Below, piece by piece: positions 19,983 to 29,891 of a stretch of DNA of 64,000 nucleotides (the first letter of the stretch is position 1; each line of letters starts with the position of its first letter). The translations under genes were made by a program, and so were the position numbers. The notes under the pieces were generated by a model that saw only the letters and a program-made list of their open reading frames with translations, did not search any database and was not told the DNA's origin. This DNA is from Wujia sp. (GTDB lineage: Bacteria > Bacillota > Clostridia > Lachnospirales > Lachnospiraceae): NCBI GenBank assembly GCA_051877775.1, contig JBJEJF010000008.1, positions 27,408 through 91,407 on the forward strand. Direction: 5' to 3'.

Positions 19983-22025
19983 TTATCCAAACAAATTCAC
20001 TAATTTCTGCCAAAAACTGAGTTGTTCTTCTTCCTCCTCAATTACTTCTTCAACTTTTTCTGTTTGGATACTATCTGTCGTTATGACAAACTGTACTGCC
20101 TTAATATTTGTATTCTGCTCTGAGACAAACGATACTGTCTCTATATCCTGTCCTGTTATCGATGATTTTATATCGTCTATCTCATCGCTGACCTGCGTAT
20201 CCATATCTGATGTTTTATCAACAAATTCACCTGTACCGTCTTTTAGATCATTTGTTCCATCTTCCAGAGTCCCAACTGCAATATACAGATCACCTACAGC
20301 AGTTCTCAGTGTATCTGTTTTATTATACAATATGTATAACCCATCCGTAAGTGTAGCTGCTCCATTTGCCGCCGTACTTACTGCATTGGTATATTCTACA
20401 AGTCCATTATAAAACACACCATAGTTATCAAGCTGGCCTTTCAGGGCAGATACCTCTGCTGCCGCAGTGCTTACAGCTGTAACAGCCTCATTAATTTTAT
20501 CTGTCACCTCGTCACTTGCCATCATCTGCTCGATATACCCGTCACGAATCTTTTTCTTTTCTTCTTTGGTTAGAGATTTCACAGCTCCCTGAAGGATCTG
20601 TTCTTTTTGTTCCTCCGTAAGAGATTGAACAGCTGCTGTTATAATTTGCTTTTTTTGTTTTTCAGACATCTCCGAGACAGTCTGCGCAACCATCACCTGA
20701 CCTTCCCCGGTCTGAATATATTCCATTGCCTGTTCTTCAGTATACCCATTCTCCATAAGCTGTTTACAGATAGCCTGTGCTGCAACCTGTGCATACAGTG
20801 TATCAGCCTGTGACTCCACATATGCCAGATAGACCGCATCTGCCTGTGACTTTATATATTCTGCATACAGTGTATCAGCCTGTGTTTCAACCTGCCTTGT
20901 AACTTCATCAAGAGCGGCATTATACGCATTTTTATAAGCCTCATCCGCATTCATTTTACCTAATACTCCCATCAGGACCTCACTATATGTCGCCGGAGTA
21001 AGTGTGACGGTATCAAGACCATTTGCAGCCAGCTCACTGTTTAATTGTGTCTGTGCAGCACTGCACAGGCCCTCATAAGCCGACCATGCTGCGCCCGTAA
21101 GCTCACTGTTTTTTGATGTCAGAGCGGATAATCCGTTCTGTAACCCGGTTGCTCCGTTATAAAGAGATCCTACACCCGTACTTAGTCCTCCAACCGCATC
21201 ATTCAGTTCACCGGTCGCATCATGAAGGCTTCCTGCTCCGTCATTCAGCTTATCAGCACCTTCATCCAGATCCTTAACAGCTCCTGTAACTTCATCTATC
21301 TTTTCCTGCAAAGTACCTTCATCTATATCAATATCCAGATTCATTCGAACACCATTTACAGCGATTCCATCCATTTCGAAATTCCTGACATTTGCAGAAA
21401 TATAAATATCTTTTTCATTATTGGGTAAGATCGTGTAAGTAAGCTGCTTGTCGCTTCCGACATTTGCTACTGTGGCGCCATCAGCAACTATATCAGATGC
21501 AATATTTGTATCTAAAACAAATGTTGTCTGCAGAGCATTTCCCTCAAAAAACGAACTGTTGCAGTTCTTGTTCTGTCGCACAGTCATTTTTATTTCAAGC
21601 TTTCCACTCATTCCTGCTATGTCATCGGCTGAGTATTCTTTACCGTCCATATAATACTTTATGGAGAATACCCATGGTATCACATTCTCTTTAAGCTTTC
21701 CCTCATAATACAATTTACCTGCCTGAGCATCAATCGTGATCCTGTTATCTTCATAATTTATTTCGTCTGTGGTCGTCATATTACGCAGATTTTCATATTC
21801 TCCGTAATCAATAATCTTTCCATTTTCATCCAATTCAAAAATATTTACAACATTGACTTCTTTCACAGAACCATCAGCATTCAGATTGATATAAACCACC
21901 TCTTCTTTTGGTGTATTGGATTCTGCTGCATAAACCGAACATGGAAATAACAATGTAATAATCAGGGTTGCGGACAAAATAACTGACAGCGCGCCTGTTA
22001 TCTTCTTTTTTAATTGTTTCATCAC
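19983..22025 (-). CDS. Secreted coiled-coil protein with X-X-X-Leu-X-X-Gly heptad repeats (MMPL partner)
   Basis: Signal peptide, KEEVVYINLNADGSV, L..GA..L..G heptads, C-terminal SFVS..N...VQFVI and SFWQKLVNLF. Confidence 0.8.
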   Translation of the reverse strand: MMKQLKKKITGALSVILSATLIITLLFPCSVYAAESNTPKEEVVYINLNADGSVKEVNVVNIFELDENGKIIDYGEYENLRNMTTTDEINYEDNRITIDAQAGKLYYEGKLKENVIPWVFSIKYYMDGKEYSADDIAGMSGKLEIKMTVRQNKNCNSSFFEGNALQTTFVLDTNIASDIVADGATVANVGSDKQLTYTILPNNEKDIYISANVRNFEMDGIAVNGVRMNLDIDIDEGTLQEKIDEVTGAVKDLDEGADKLNDGAGSLHDATGELNDAVGGLSTGVGSLYNGATGLQNGLSALTSKNSELTGAAWSAYEGLCSAAQTQLNSELAANGLDTVTLTPATYSEVLMGVLGKMNADEAYKNAYNAALDEVTRQVETQADTLYAEYIKSQADAVYLAYVESQADTLYAQVAAQAICKQLMENGYTEEQAMEYIQTGEGQVMVAQTVSEMSEKQKKQIITAAVQSLTEEQKEQILQGAVKSLTKEEKKKIRDGYIEQMMASDEVTDKINEAVTAVSTAAAEVSALKGQLDNYGVFYNGLVEYTNAVSTAANGAATLTDGLYILYNKTDTLRTAVGDLYIAVGTLEDGTNDLKDGTGEFVDKTSDMDTQVSDEIDDIKSSITGQDIETVSFVSEQNTNIKAVQFVITTDSIQTEKVEEVIEEEEEQLSFWQKLVNLFG

Positions 22026-22026
22026 A

Positions 22027-24078
22027 TCAATCTCCTTTACTTGTTTTTACTTTTTTTATTACAAGTTTATCAAACAGATATAACAGTCCCGGCACCACAA
22101 AGAGTACAATCACCATTGAGAAAATTGCACCTCTCCCAATAAAAATACCAAGCTGTGCCAAAAGCTGATTAGTAGAAATATAACCAAGCAGCAATCCGAC
22201 GACAGTCAGCACACTGCCTGATGTCATAATAGATACCGTTACATCGGATATCGTCTCTATAAGTGCATCTTTCTTTTCAAAGCTCTGTCTGTTCTCCCGA
22301 TATCTGTCTGTCATAAGAATTGCATAATCCACAGTTGCTCCAAGCTGAATAGAGCTGATAATCAGGTATGCTATATAGAATATTCTAGCATCCATAAAAT
22401 ATGGAACGGACAGATTGATCCATATCGCAGTTTCAATACTTAATACCAGAATGACCGGAAGTACGAGAGATCGAAGTGTTAACAGCAAAACGATAAATAC
22501 CGCAGCAATCGCTACCAGATTTACCTTTACCATATCTGCTGTAACCGTATCCATCAGGTCATAGGTACTGACTCCTTCTCCAGCCAGATAATAAGTACCC
22601 GGATAATACTTTTCCGCTACCGTTCTCACCTGTTCCACAAGATCAAAGGTTTCCTCTCCTTCATACGGAACATCTACAGACAACACCATACGACTGTAAT
22701 TATCGGAAATAAGCTGTGAAAGTGTTTCCTCATCCAGGTATTCCGTTGGTATCTCTGCCCCCGCCATATCCACATAAGAGATGATGCTCGTAATATGTGA
22801 CAGAGTATGAAGCTCCTCCGACAACTGCGTCTGCGTAGCCAGATCATCCTTCGGCACAAGCAGCACATAAGTATCACCTTTACCAAAAACATCCTCTATT
22901 TCTGCCGTATCTGCTCCAAGCTGTGTTTCCTCTCCAAAGATATTAGATGAGCCAAAATAATAATCATTTGCATTGGAAGCAAGATATGCCGGGACAACCA
23001 AAATAACAAATATACACACCATCGGGATTATGATATGATATACAAATTTGCCAAATTTTTTAAAGCCAGGGATCAATGCCTTATGTTTTAACCGATCCAG
23101 CCACTTGTATGTCGATAAAATAAGCGCCGGCATAAAGCAAAATACAGTTATCAGACTGATTGCAACTCCCTTTGCCAGAGCAAGGCCAAGATCCGGTCCG
23201 ATACGGAACTGCATTAATACCAGTGCCAAAAATCCGATAACGGTGGTAAGTCCGCTGGAGAAGATGGATGACGTTGATTTACAGAGTGCATCAACCATAG
23301 CATCTTTTACATCTGTATTTTCTACCCTGCATTCCTCAAAACGATGAATTAAAAATACAGAATAATCAAGAGAAACTGCCAGTTGCAAAATACTTCCTGC
23401 CGCATTGGTTACAAATGAAATCTCACCGAACATCAAATTACTTCCGCTGTTTATTGCAATTGCAACACCGAGGCCTCCAAGAACAAGCAGCGGTTCCAGC
23501 CATGAATTTGTAGTGAGTAGCAGGATAAAAAATACAAATAATACTGCAAAAGCCGCTATTTTCTGAATCTCTGAAACCGTATTTGTTGTGGCCACCGCTG
23601 TCGATACTGCACTTCCTGTCATGGCATTTTCATCACCGATAATATCACGGATATCCGCAACTGCAGAAATACGGCTATTCTCCTCAATGGTCACGCTAAA
23701 CAATGCAGCATCGTCCTTATAATATGTCTCAAGTACATCCACATCAATATTGCTGAGCGGAATCGTTATATCCACCGCATCATCCAGCCAGGTTACACCT
23801 GTGACGCCATCTACTCCCCTGATTTGATCCTTATACTCCAATGCCTCCGGTATCGTCACATTCTTCACCATCACCCGGGCATTTGGAATACCTCCGTCAA
23901 ATTCCTCCTGCATAACGTCAAGAGATACTGTTGAGTGTGTATCCTCCGGAAGATAATCATTCATGTCATAATTAACTTCCACAAAATTTTTCAAGAACAA
24001 ACAAAGTACTGTACAGACAAGAAATATAGTTAAAACGATCCTTCTATGATTCGTAATCCACGTATAGATCTTTTTCAT
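22027..24078 (-). CDS. MMPL/RND-family transporter
   Basis: Two repeated TM blocks with LQLAVSLDYSVFL and IQLGATVDYAIL. NYDMNDYLP. Confidence 0.9.
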   Translation of the reverse strand: MKKIYTWITNHRRIVLTIFLVCTVLCLFLKNFVEVNYDMNDYLPEDTHSTVSLDVMQEEFDGGIPNARVMVKNVTIPEALEYKDQIRGVDGVTGVTWLDDAVDITIPLSNIDVDVLETYYKDDAALFSVTIEENSRISAVADIRDIIGDENAMTGSAVSTAVATTNTVSEIQKIAAFAVLFVFFILLLTTNSWLEPLLVLGGLGVAIAINSGSNLMFGEISFVTNAAGSILQLAVSLDYSVFLIHRFEECRVENTDVKDAMVDALCKSTSSIFSSGLTTVIGFLALVLMQFRIGPDLGLALAKGVAISLITVFCFMPALILSTYKWLDRLKHKALIPGFKKFGKFVYHIIIPMVCIFVILVVPAYLASNANDYYFGSSNIFGEETQLGADTAEIEDVFGKGDTYVLLVPKDDLATQTQLSEELHTLSHITSIISYVDMAGAEIPTEYLDEETLSQLISDNYSRMVLSVDVPYEGEETFDLVEQVRTVAEKYYPGTYYLAGEGVSTYDLMDTVTADMVKVNLVAIAAVFIVLLLTLRSLVLPVILVLSIETAIWINLSVPYFMDARIFYIAYLIISSIQLGATVDYAILMTDRYRENRQSFEKKDALIETISDVTVSIMTSGSVLTVVGLLLGYISTNQLLAQLGIFIGRGAIFSMVIVLFVVPGLLYLFDKLVIKKVKTSKGD

Positions 24079-24391
24079 GTCCGCCCTCCTCTCGTTCCAA
24101 ACACGGAACCCCTGTTAATTCAAATACATTCCTTCCACCTTTTACCTGCAGATCTACAGATAAATCTGTTATTTTTCCGCTGGCAACAAAAGGAACATTT
24201 TTGATTAAGGTAGTAAATGAACCATTGAACATACAATTACCTGTAAGATCAATCGTACCCTCAAATGTTTCCTTATGTCCTAAAATATCAAGGTATCCGG
24301 TTAACGTATTTTCTGCAATTACAGCGGTTAATGTCCCTTTTTTATCACCGAGCGGCGTTTTCATTGATACCTTATATCGTTGTTCTGACAT
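24044..24391 (-). CDS. Hypothetical small beta-rich protein
   Basis: 115-aa ORF with SD (AAGGAG), first gene of the MMPL operon. MKTPLG motif. Confidence 0.65.
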   Translation of the reverse strand: MSEQRYKVSMKTPLGDKKGTLTAVIAENTLTGYLDILGHKETFEGTIDLTGNCMFNGSFTTLIKNVPFVASGKITDLSVDLQVKGGRNVFELTGVPCLEREEGGHEKDLYVDYES

Positions 24392-24611
24392 TTTCTGCTC
24401 CTTTCCACTGATTTTTATTTATCTTATAGATTTCACATTCATAATATACAGACACACAATCCATAAAAATATGGTCAATTTCCGGGCATTTAGGTAATAA
24501 CCGGACAAAACAGCTTACATTGATGGTCAAATAATTTGCCCCACACTTGTCCGACATTGTCCATTGCACGTTTTTTTATTCCATGTATAATAATAAGCGG
24601 AGGTATAAAAG

Positions 24612-25190
24612 ATGAAACATGAAGAAATTTCTCTCAACACAAAGAAAGCACTCGCGGAAGCTTTAAAAGATGCAATGAAAAAAAAGCCGTTTCAAAAGAT
24701 TACCGTAAGTGAATTAATACAAAAATGCGATGTTAACCGTAAGACCTTCTATTATCACTTTGAAGACATTTACGCACTTCTCAAATGGACATTTGAGCAG
24801 GAAGCAATTGAGGTTGTAAAAAATTTTGATCTGCTTGTCGACGATGAAGAGGCGATTGCCTTTGTCATGGATTATGTTGAAAATAATGAATATATTTTAA
24901 ATTGCGCCTATGACTCTATCGGGCGTGATGAATTGAAACAGTTTTTCTGTGCAGATTTTCTGGAAATCTCAGTTTCTATCATTGAACAGGCAGAAACTCT
25001 CATGGGCAAAAAAATGGCTCCCGAATATAAAGACTTTTTAAGTCATTTTTATATGGAAGCCATTGCCGGCATGTTAATTGACTGGATTAAAGACCGGACA
25101 CAACGCAATCGAAAAGACGTAATTGACTACATATCAAATACTATACGCTATTCTTTAACCGGAATAATACAAAATATGTCCGTTGACTGA
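24612..25190 (+). CDS. TetR-family regulator (DhaS-like), divergent from the MMPL operon
   Basis: KKPFQKITVSEL, VNRKTFYYHFEDIYALL. Confidence 0.92.
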   Translation: MKHEEISLNTKKALAEALKDAMKKKPFQKITVSELIQKCDVNRKTFYYHFEDIYALLKWTFEQEAIEVVKNFDLLVDDEEAIAFVMDYVENNEYILNCAYDSIGRDELKQFFCADFLEISVSIIEQAETLMGKKMAPEYKDFLSHFYMEAIAGMLIDWIKDRTQRNRKDVIDYISNTIRYSLTGIIQNMSVD

Positions 25191-25215
25191 CATATATTTT
25201 CTATCCGGCGGACAT

Positions 25216-26814
25216 TTACTTGAAGAAAATCTCTTTCAACTGCACCCTGTTCGTCCCGTGATATATGAAATACAATGGATAAACGCCTTGGGGAATATCC
25301 ACTGCTGTCATCAAGGTAAGCCATTCCAGGGGATTTTCCTGTTCATCAGACGGAACATTAATACGGGCAATCTCCTCTCCCTGAGGCTGTAATCTTATCT
25401 CAAAATAAGTCTCTCCCTTTGCTCCTGTCTCTGCACGCTTGCTGTTTAAGGAAGCTTCAGACGCAAGGCAGCGTTCATCCAGACGGACCGCCCCGGTATA
25501 TACCACTTTGTTGTCCTCATTCTCCACCCTTGCGACAATACCAATTTCGGATACATTATTAAAATCAAAATACTTATATCCTATCAGGGTTCCATCCTCT
25601 ATCTCTGCGATAAACCGTTCCTCACCCAAATTTGTGACATTCGGAAACGGCATCGTGTAGATGCTGTTTGAACCGTGCGGCATATTCCCGTTGGTGATAT
25701 TGCATGCTATAACTGCCGGGTAGTATCCCTCCGTCATCAATGGTCCGTCATTTAACCCACAGCTTGTTATCTCTACCTGTGCGATACTGCCATCATCCGC
25801 AATGTAAATTTTCTCTGCACAGGCCTGTCTGCTGTAATCCGACTTGTGCGTCAGCCTGTGATAAAATACATACCACTGTTCCCCGATTTGGACGATACTG
25901 CCATGGGTTGTCCCCGTCATATTCAGCTTTTCTTCGTCTGTTCGGCCGTTTAATCCCACATCACCGTTTGAAACAATGGTTCCCCCAAAAGTAAAATTCC
26001 TGTCAGGATAATCACTTACCGCATAGCAAAGCTCATGATTCTGCCATGAGGAATATATAAAATAATACTTATCCCCCACCTTACGCATGGATGAGCCCTC
26101 AAAAAACGGATGTTCCTCAAAACTCGTACCTTTGACTCTGTAAGGTATAATATGCTTTGCTTCCTCTCTAACCGTCAGCATATCATCCTCCAATACAACC
26201 ATGACAGGCCCCATAATACTGTCATCATAGCTTAATATTTCCTCTTTTGTACGCCCGAACATCTCTATCTCTTCCTGAAGCCGGGTGCCATCTTCCAGAA
26301 AATCCGGTTCCTCCTCATAGCCATACTGCGTTCCATAGTAAATACGAATCGTACCATTGTCATTTAATGCAGCCGGATCAAAACAAATGTATTTCATCAT
26401 AGGACTTCCGTCCGGATTCCTCACATGTCCCAGAAATTCATACTGACCGGCAGGTGTATCACACACGGCAACGCTGATTGGTCCCTGATAGCCTCCCTGT
26501 CCGTAATCTCCACCCATGCAGTAATACAGATAATAACGTCCGTCATTTCCCTGCACAACATCAGGTGCATACATATATTTCAATCCCGGATAAGCCGGAT
26601 CCTGGGATGCCTTATAGGTCACGCCCTCATATCGCCAGCTTGTCAGGTCATCAACAGGTGCAGAATAAACCACATAATCCTGCATGCAGAAAGTATAACC
26701 GCCCTCCTTATCATGGGAACCATAATGATAAACTCTGTCTCCAAACACATGAGGCTCACCATCCGGAATATATTCATAAAGTGGTAGAAATGGATTATAT
26801 ACTTGTTTTTTCAT
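25216..26814 (-). CDS. Glycoside hydrolase family 43 with C-terminal CBM-like domain
   Basis: NPFLPLYEYIPDGEPHVF, YGSHD, YAPDV, FDPA, FFEGSS, THGS. Confidence 0.88.
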   Translation of the reverse strand: MKKQVYNPFLPLYEYIPDGEPHVFGDRVYHYGSHDKEGGYTFCMQDYVVYSAPVDDLTSWRYEGVTYKASQDPAYPGLKYMYAPDVVQGNDGRYYLYYCMGGDYGQGGYQGPISVAVCDTPAGQYEFLGHVRNPDGSPMMKYICFDPAALNDNGTIRIYYGTQYGYEEEPDFLEDGTRLQEEIEMFGRTKEEILSYDDSIMGPVMVVLEDDMLTVREEAKHIIPYRVKGTSFEEHPFFEGSSMRKVGDKYYFIYSSWQNHELCYAVSDYPDRNFTFGGTIVSNGDVGLNGRTDEEKLNMTGTTHGSIVQIGEQWYVFYHRLTHKSDYSRQACAEKIYIADDGSIAQVEITSCGLNDGPLMTEGYYPAVIACNITNGNMPHGSNSIYTMPFPNVTNLGEERFIAEIEDGTLIGYKYFDFNNVSEIGIVARVENEDNKVVYTGAVRLDERCLASEASLNSKRAETGAKGETYFEIRLQPQGEEIARINVPSDEQENPLEWLTLMTAVDIPQGVYPLYFIYHGTNRVQLKEIFFK

Positions 26815-26860
26815 TGTTTTAATTCACCCTTTTGCCTTTCATATTCTATTAAATACGTTA

Positions 26861-26889
26861 TTTACATACATCATATTTTATGTTATATT
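26861..26889 (+). promoter_or_regulatory. Sigma-A promoter for a putative antitoxin RNA
   Basis: TTTACA-17 bp-TATATT with TG extension. No plus-strand CDS follows. Confidence 0.65.
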
Positions 26890-26895
26890 CATAGT

Positions 26896-26990
26896 ATAAA
26901 AAAGAACAACCGCCCACAAGGGGTTGACCTGAAATAAGAATAGAAAAATCACCCTATTCGCTCGCCAAAGTTTTAGGGTGGTTTTTCTAT
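26896..26990 (+). ncRNA. Putative type I antitoxin sRNA (~95 nt)
   Basis: Bounded by the promoter above and the hairpin AGAAAAATCACCCTA...TAGGGTGGTTTTTCT. Antisense to the 3' UTR of the small toxin-like ORF. Confidence 0.6.
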
Positions 26991-26996
26991 GTACGG

Positions 26997-27086
26997 TTAC
27001 CTACAATACGTAAAAATGAATGTAAGCAATGCCAATAGGAACAGACCAAAGGTCATTAAATCCTTAAAATCAAAATGATTTTTCAT
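26997..27086 (-). CDS. 29-aa hydrophobic peptide, putative type I (holin-like) toxin
   Basis: MKNHFDFKDLMTFGLFLLALLTFIFTYCR*. SD GGGGGTGA, single TM segment, basic C-terminal residue. Below the ORF-track cutoff. Confidence 0.75.
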   Translation of the reverse strand: MKNHFDFKDLMTFGLFLLALLTFIFTYCR

Positions 27087-27152
27087 AGGCATCACCCCCA
27101 TTCTACCAAGAATGAGGTCAAGCCACCCTGTAACACGATTGTTCTTAACTTA

Positions 27153-27181
27153 AGAATATCATATATTATATTATCTTTCAA
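27153..27181 (-). promoter_or_regulatory. Sigma-A promoter of the toxin-like mRNA
   Basis: TTGAAA-17 bp-TATTCT with TG extension. Confidence 0.65.
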
Positions 27182-27218
27182 CTCAAATTATATTTCAATT
27201 TGACATACAAAGCACTAA

Positions 27219-28991
27219 TCAAAATGTTATACATACTGTAAACCGCTTATCTGCAATTGTGACAGACATCTTACCGCCATGCAACAACACGATTTGACTC
27301 ACGATGGAAAGTCCCAGTCCGTGACCTCCGGTTTGTTTTCTGGAATCATCCTTTTCATATGCTTCAAGCAATCTTGGAACATCCTTCTGGGTAAGCGGGC
27401 CAGAATAATCGTTCTCGATAGTAATGGACTTTTCCTGCAATTCTATTGCTATCACTCCGGCATCTCCGTGTACAAGTGCGTTTCGAATCAGATTATCTAC
27501 CATCTGACGAAGCAACACAGTATCACCTTCCACAGTCAGATTCCCATCCACATCGATATGTATACGATCGTCCGAGTAGAATTCTTCGCATCCCTGCACG
27601 ATTTCCTCAGTCAGCCGTCGTACATCGACAGATTCCTTTTTTTCAAGTACATTCACATTTCCAAGCTTTGAAAATCCAAGTATCTGTTCCACCATATGAT
27701 TCATATCACCAACAAGCCGGATGATTTCCTCTGCATAGTAATCACGTTTTTCTGTATGTACCTGTTCTTTTAAATTTTCCGCCATGCCGGATAATACCGT
27801 AAGCGGACTTTTCAGATCATGCGCCATCGCATTGGTGAGATTCTTTTGATAGTCCTCAAAATCATAATGTGCCTTTAACCGCACATATCGATATCTTGCA
27901 ATGAAGAACCCAAGCAGTAAAATTGCCGCAAGAAACGCAAGGAAATACTTCCACATCCATGTGCCGTTTTGTTCCATAAAATCATATTGCACCGCTGTCA
28001 CGAGTATATATTCTTTTCCTCCTGCAACCTGAATCCGATCAAATGTACTCCGTATATAACGACCAAAACCTTTTTCACCCATAGAAGATGCTCCGGAAAG
28101 CCGTTCGTCCGATTTGTATTTTTCGTATATCAGGTTTGCTTCAGATTCTGTCTCTACCCCGGAAGTACGATGTAAAATCGGAATATAGTAATCGTATTCA
28201 CCTGTCCGGTCGGTTTGTTCATATGGATGAATCTCCTGCATACCGCTTGTGTCCGCCGGAGAACAATCATATGTTTTTACAAGCTCCTTGCCTGCGATTT
28301 CTCCCGGTGCATAGAATTCGATTTTTCCATAATAAAATACATCCCCGTCCAGATACCCGGAAGTGACTCTTACCTCATATTCCTCTTCCATGCACATCTT
28401 TCGATAATATTCCTCATATTCTTTCATGATTTCTGCATCCGGCTGATTACCGGCAGCATAAAGTTTTCGCCAAACTAAAGGGTAAGAAGATTCCTTACTG
28501 CTCTCTTCATCAAAATGCTCCTGAAGCAAGCCAACCGGTTCACTGGTGGATGCAAGAACATTCCCATCCGTATCATAGATTGCACCTGTTCCTTCTGAAA
28601 ATGGAAACATATCCGGGATCATCAGAATATATAAATACATAAAATTGCGAAATTGTTCCTCCCGCTCGGCAATAGACAAATCTGTTTCCTCCTGCCATTG
28701 TATATAAGAATGTTGCATATTGGACCGGATAATATCAACCATATCATCTAAATCCTGATTCGATTCCTCCACAGCTGCATTCACCTGATAATAGAAAATC
28801 CCGCATCCGATTGTACCAAGAACCAGCGCTGTAACTAACATAGTAGAAGTCAAAACACCCGTGAAGCTTTTCCGTTTTAAATATCGTCTACTACGTCTCT
28901 TTGCGTTTCCTGCCCGTTTTTTTTCTTTTTTCTTCTTGTACTTTTCTTTTTTTGCCTGCATATCCGGCAATATAGTAAATCCCATAAGCAT
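27219..28991 (-). CDS. Sensor histidine kinase
   Basis: Two TM segments, MAHDLKSPL, NLIRNA, GHGLGLSIV. Start uncertain. Confidence 0.9.
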   Translation of the reverse strand: MLMGFTILPDMQAKKEKYKKKKEKKRAGNAKRRSRRYLKRKSFTGVLTSTMLVTALVLGTIGCGIFYYQVNAAVEESNQDLDDMVDIIRSNMQHSYIQWQEETDLSIAEREEQFRNFMYLYILMIPDMFPFSEGTGAIYDTDGNVLASTSEPVGLLQEHFDEESSKESSYPLVWRKLYAAGNQPDAEIMKEYEEYYRKMCMEEEYEVRVTSGYLDGDVFYYGKIEFYAPGEIAGKELVKTYDCSPADTSGMQEIHPYEQTDRTGEYDYYIPILHRTSGVETESEANLIYEKYKSDERLSGASSMGEKGFGRYIRSTFDRIQVAGGKEYILVTAVQYDFMEQNGTWMWKYFLAFLAAILLLGFFIARYRYVRLKAHYDFEDYQKNLTNAMAHDLKSPLTVLSGMAENLKEQVHTEKRDYYAEEIIRLVGDMNHMVEQILGFSKLGNVNVLEKKESVDVRRLTEEIVQGCEEFYSDDRIHIDVDGNLTVEGDTVLLRQMVDNLIRNALVHGDAGVIAIELQEKSITIENDYSGPLTQKDVPRLLEAYEKDDSRKQTGGHGLGLSIVSQIVLLHGGKMSVTIADKRFTVCITF

Positions 28992-28998
28992 TCGCCCC

Positions 28999-29706
28999 CT
29001 AACAATCTTCCATCTTGTACCCTTTGGATACAACCGTTTTTATCTGCTTTCCGGCAGTACCAAGTGCCTTACGAAGAAGCTTGATCTGATTGTCTACGAT
29101 ACGGTCTGTCCCCATATAATCATATCCCCAAACACGATCAAGCAATGTATCCCGTGAGACAACAATCCCTGCATGCGCCATCAGATAACGAAGCATTTCA
29201 TACTGCTTCGGCTGTAAAGCAATCTCATGTCTAATGGTTTCTTTTGTTTCATCTACATATTCCTCTACCAAAACCTGATAAGCATCAAGTTTCATGGTGA
29301 TCTTTCCAACCTGCAAAACTGTGCGAAGTTCCTCACCTTTTGTTCTGCGCAGCACTGCAAGTATCTTCGCATACAGGGTCGCAAGTGAAAACGGCTTTAC
29401 GATATAATCATCGCATCCGAGTCCATACCCCCACAGAATATCTTCTTCTCTGCCTCTTGCAGTCAGGAAGATAATTGGAACCATATTCCTGCTTCGTATC
29501 TCCCGGCATATGGAAAAGCCGTCTGTATCCGGTAGCATTACATCAAGCAATATGAGGTCAAACTCTGTTTTCTCCATGGCGAGCCTTGCTCCCCTGCCAT
29601 CCCCTGCAACAGTCAGGCACAGCTCCTGTTTTCCCTTTTCATCGATATAATCCACGATTACTTCCTGTATTTTCTTGTCATCTTCCACCAGTAATATCTG
29701 ATACAT
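28999..29706 (-). CDS. OmpR-family response regulator
   Basis: LLVEDD, LLDVMLP, FLTAR, DDYIVKPF, winged-helix C-terminus. Confidence 0.95.
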   Translation of the reverse strand: MYQILLVEDDKKIQEVIVDYIDEKGKQELCLTVAGDGRGARLAMEKTEFDLILLDVMLPDTDGFSICREIRSRNMVPIIFLTARGREEDILWGYGLGCDDYIVKPFSLATLYAKILAVLRRTKGEELRTVLQVGKITMKLDAYQVLVEEYVDETKETIRHEIALQPKQYEMLRYLMAHAGIVVSRDTLLDRVWGYDYMGTDRIVDNQIKLLRKALGTAGKQIKTVVSKGYKMEDC

Positions 29707-29891
29707 AGCTCCTCCCTGTATTCATATTCATGAAGCTTCATGGTTTTATTGTACATGATGCATGTATATTTTATATATATTGATGTTATTTTTGTCCTTA
29801 TATTTCTATTCTTTTTCATAGAATTCCTTGCCATTCCATCCCCATATGTTCTATAATTATATATCAAATATACAAATGAAGGGGAGTTACA

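Noticed and set aside
24400-24600. DhaS-like GGACA-N6-TGTCC operator
   Set aside because: Half-sites are present, but I found no properly spaced palindrome.
29707-29891. Lysine riboswitch or T-box upstream of the NhaC-family gene
   Set aside because: AT-rich divergent promoter region with no recognisable aptamer.
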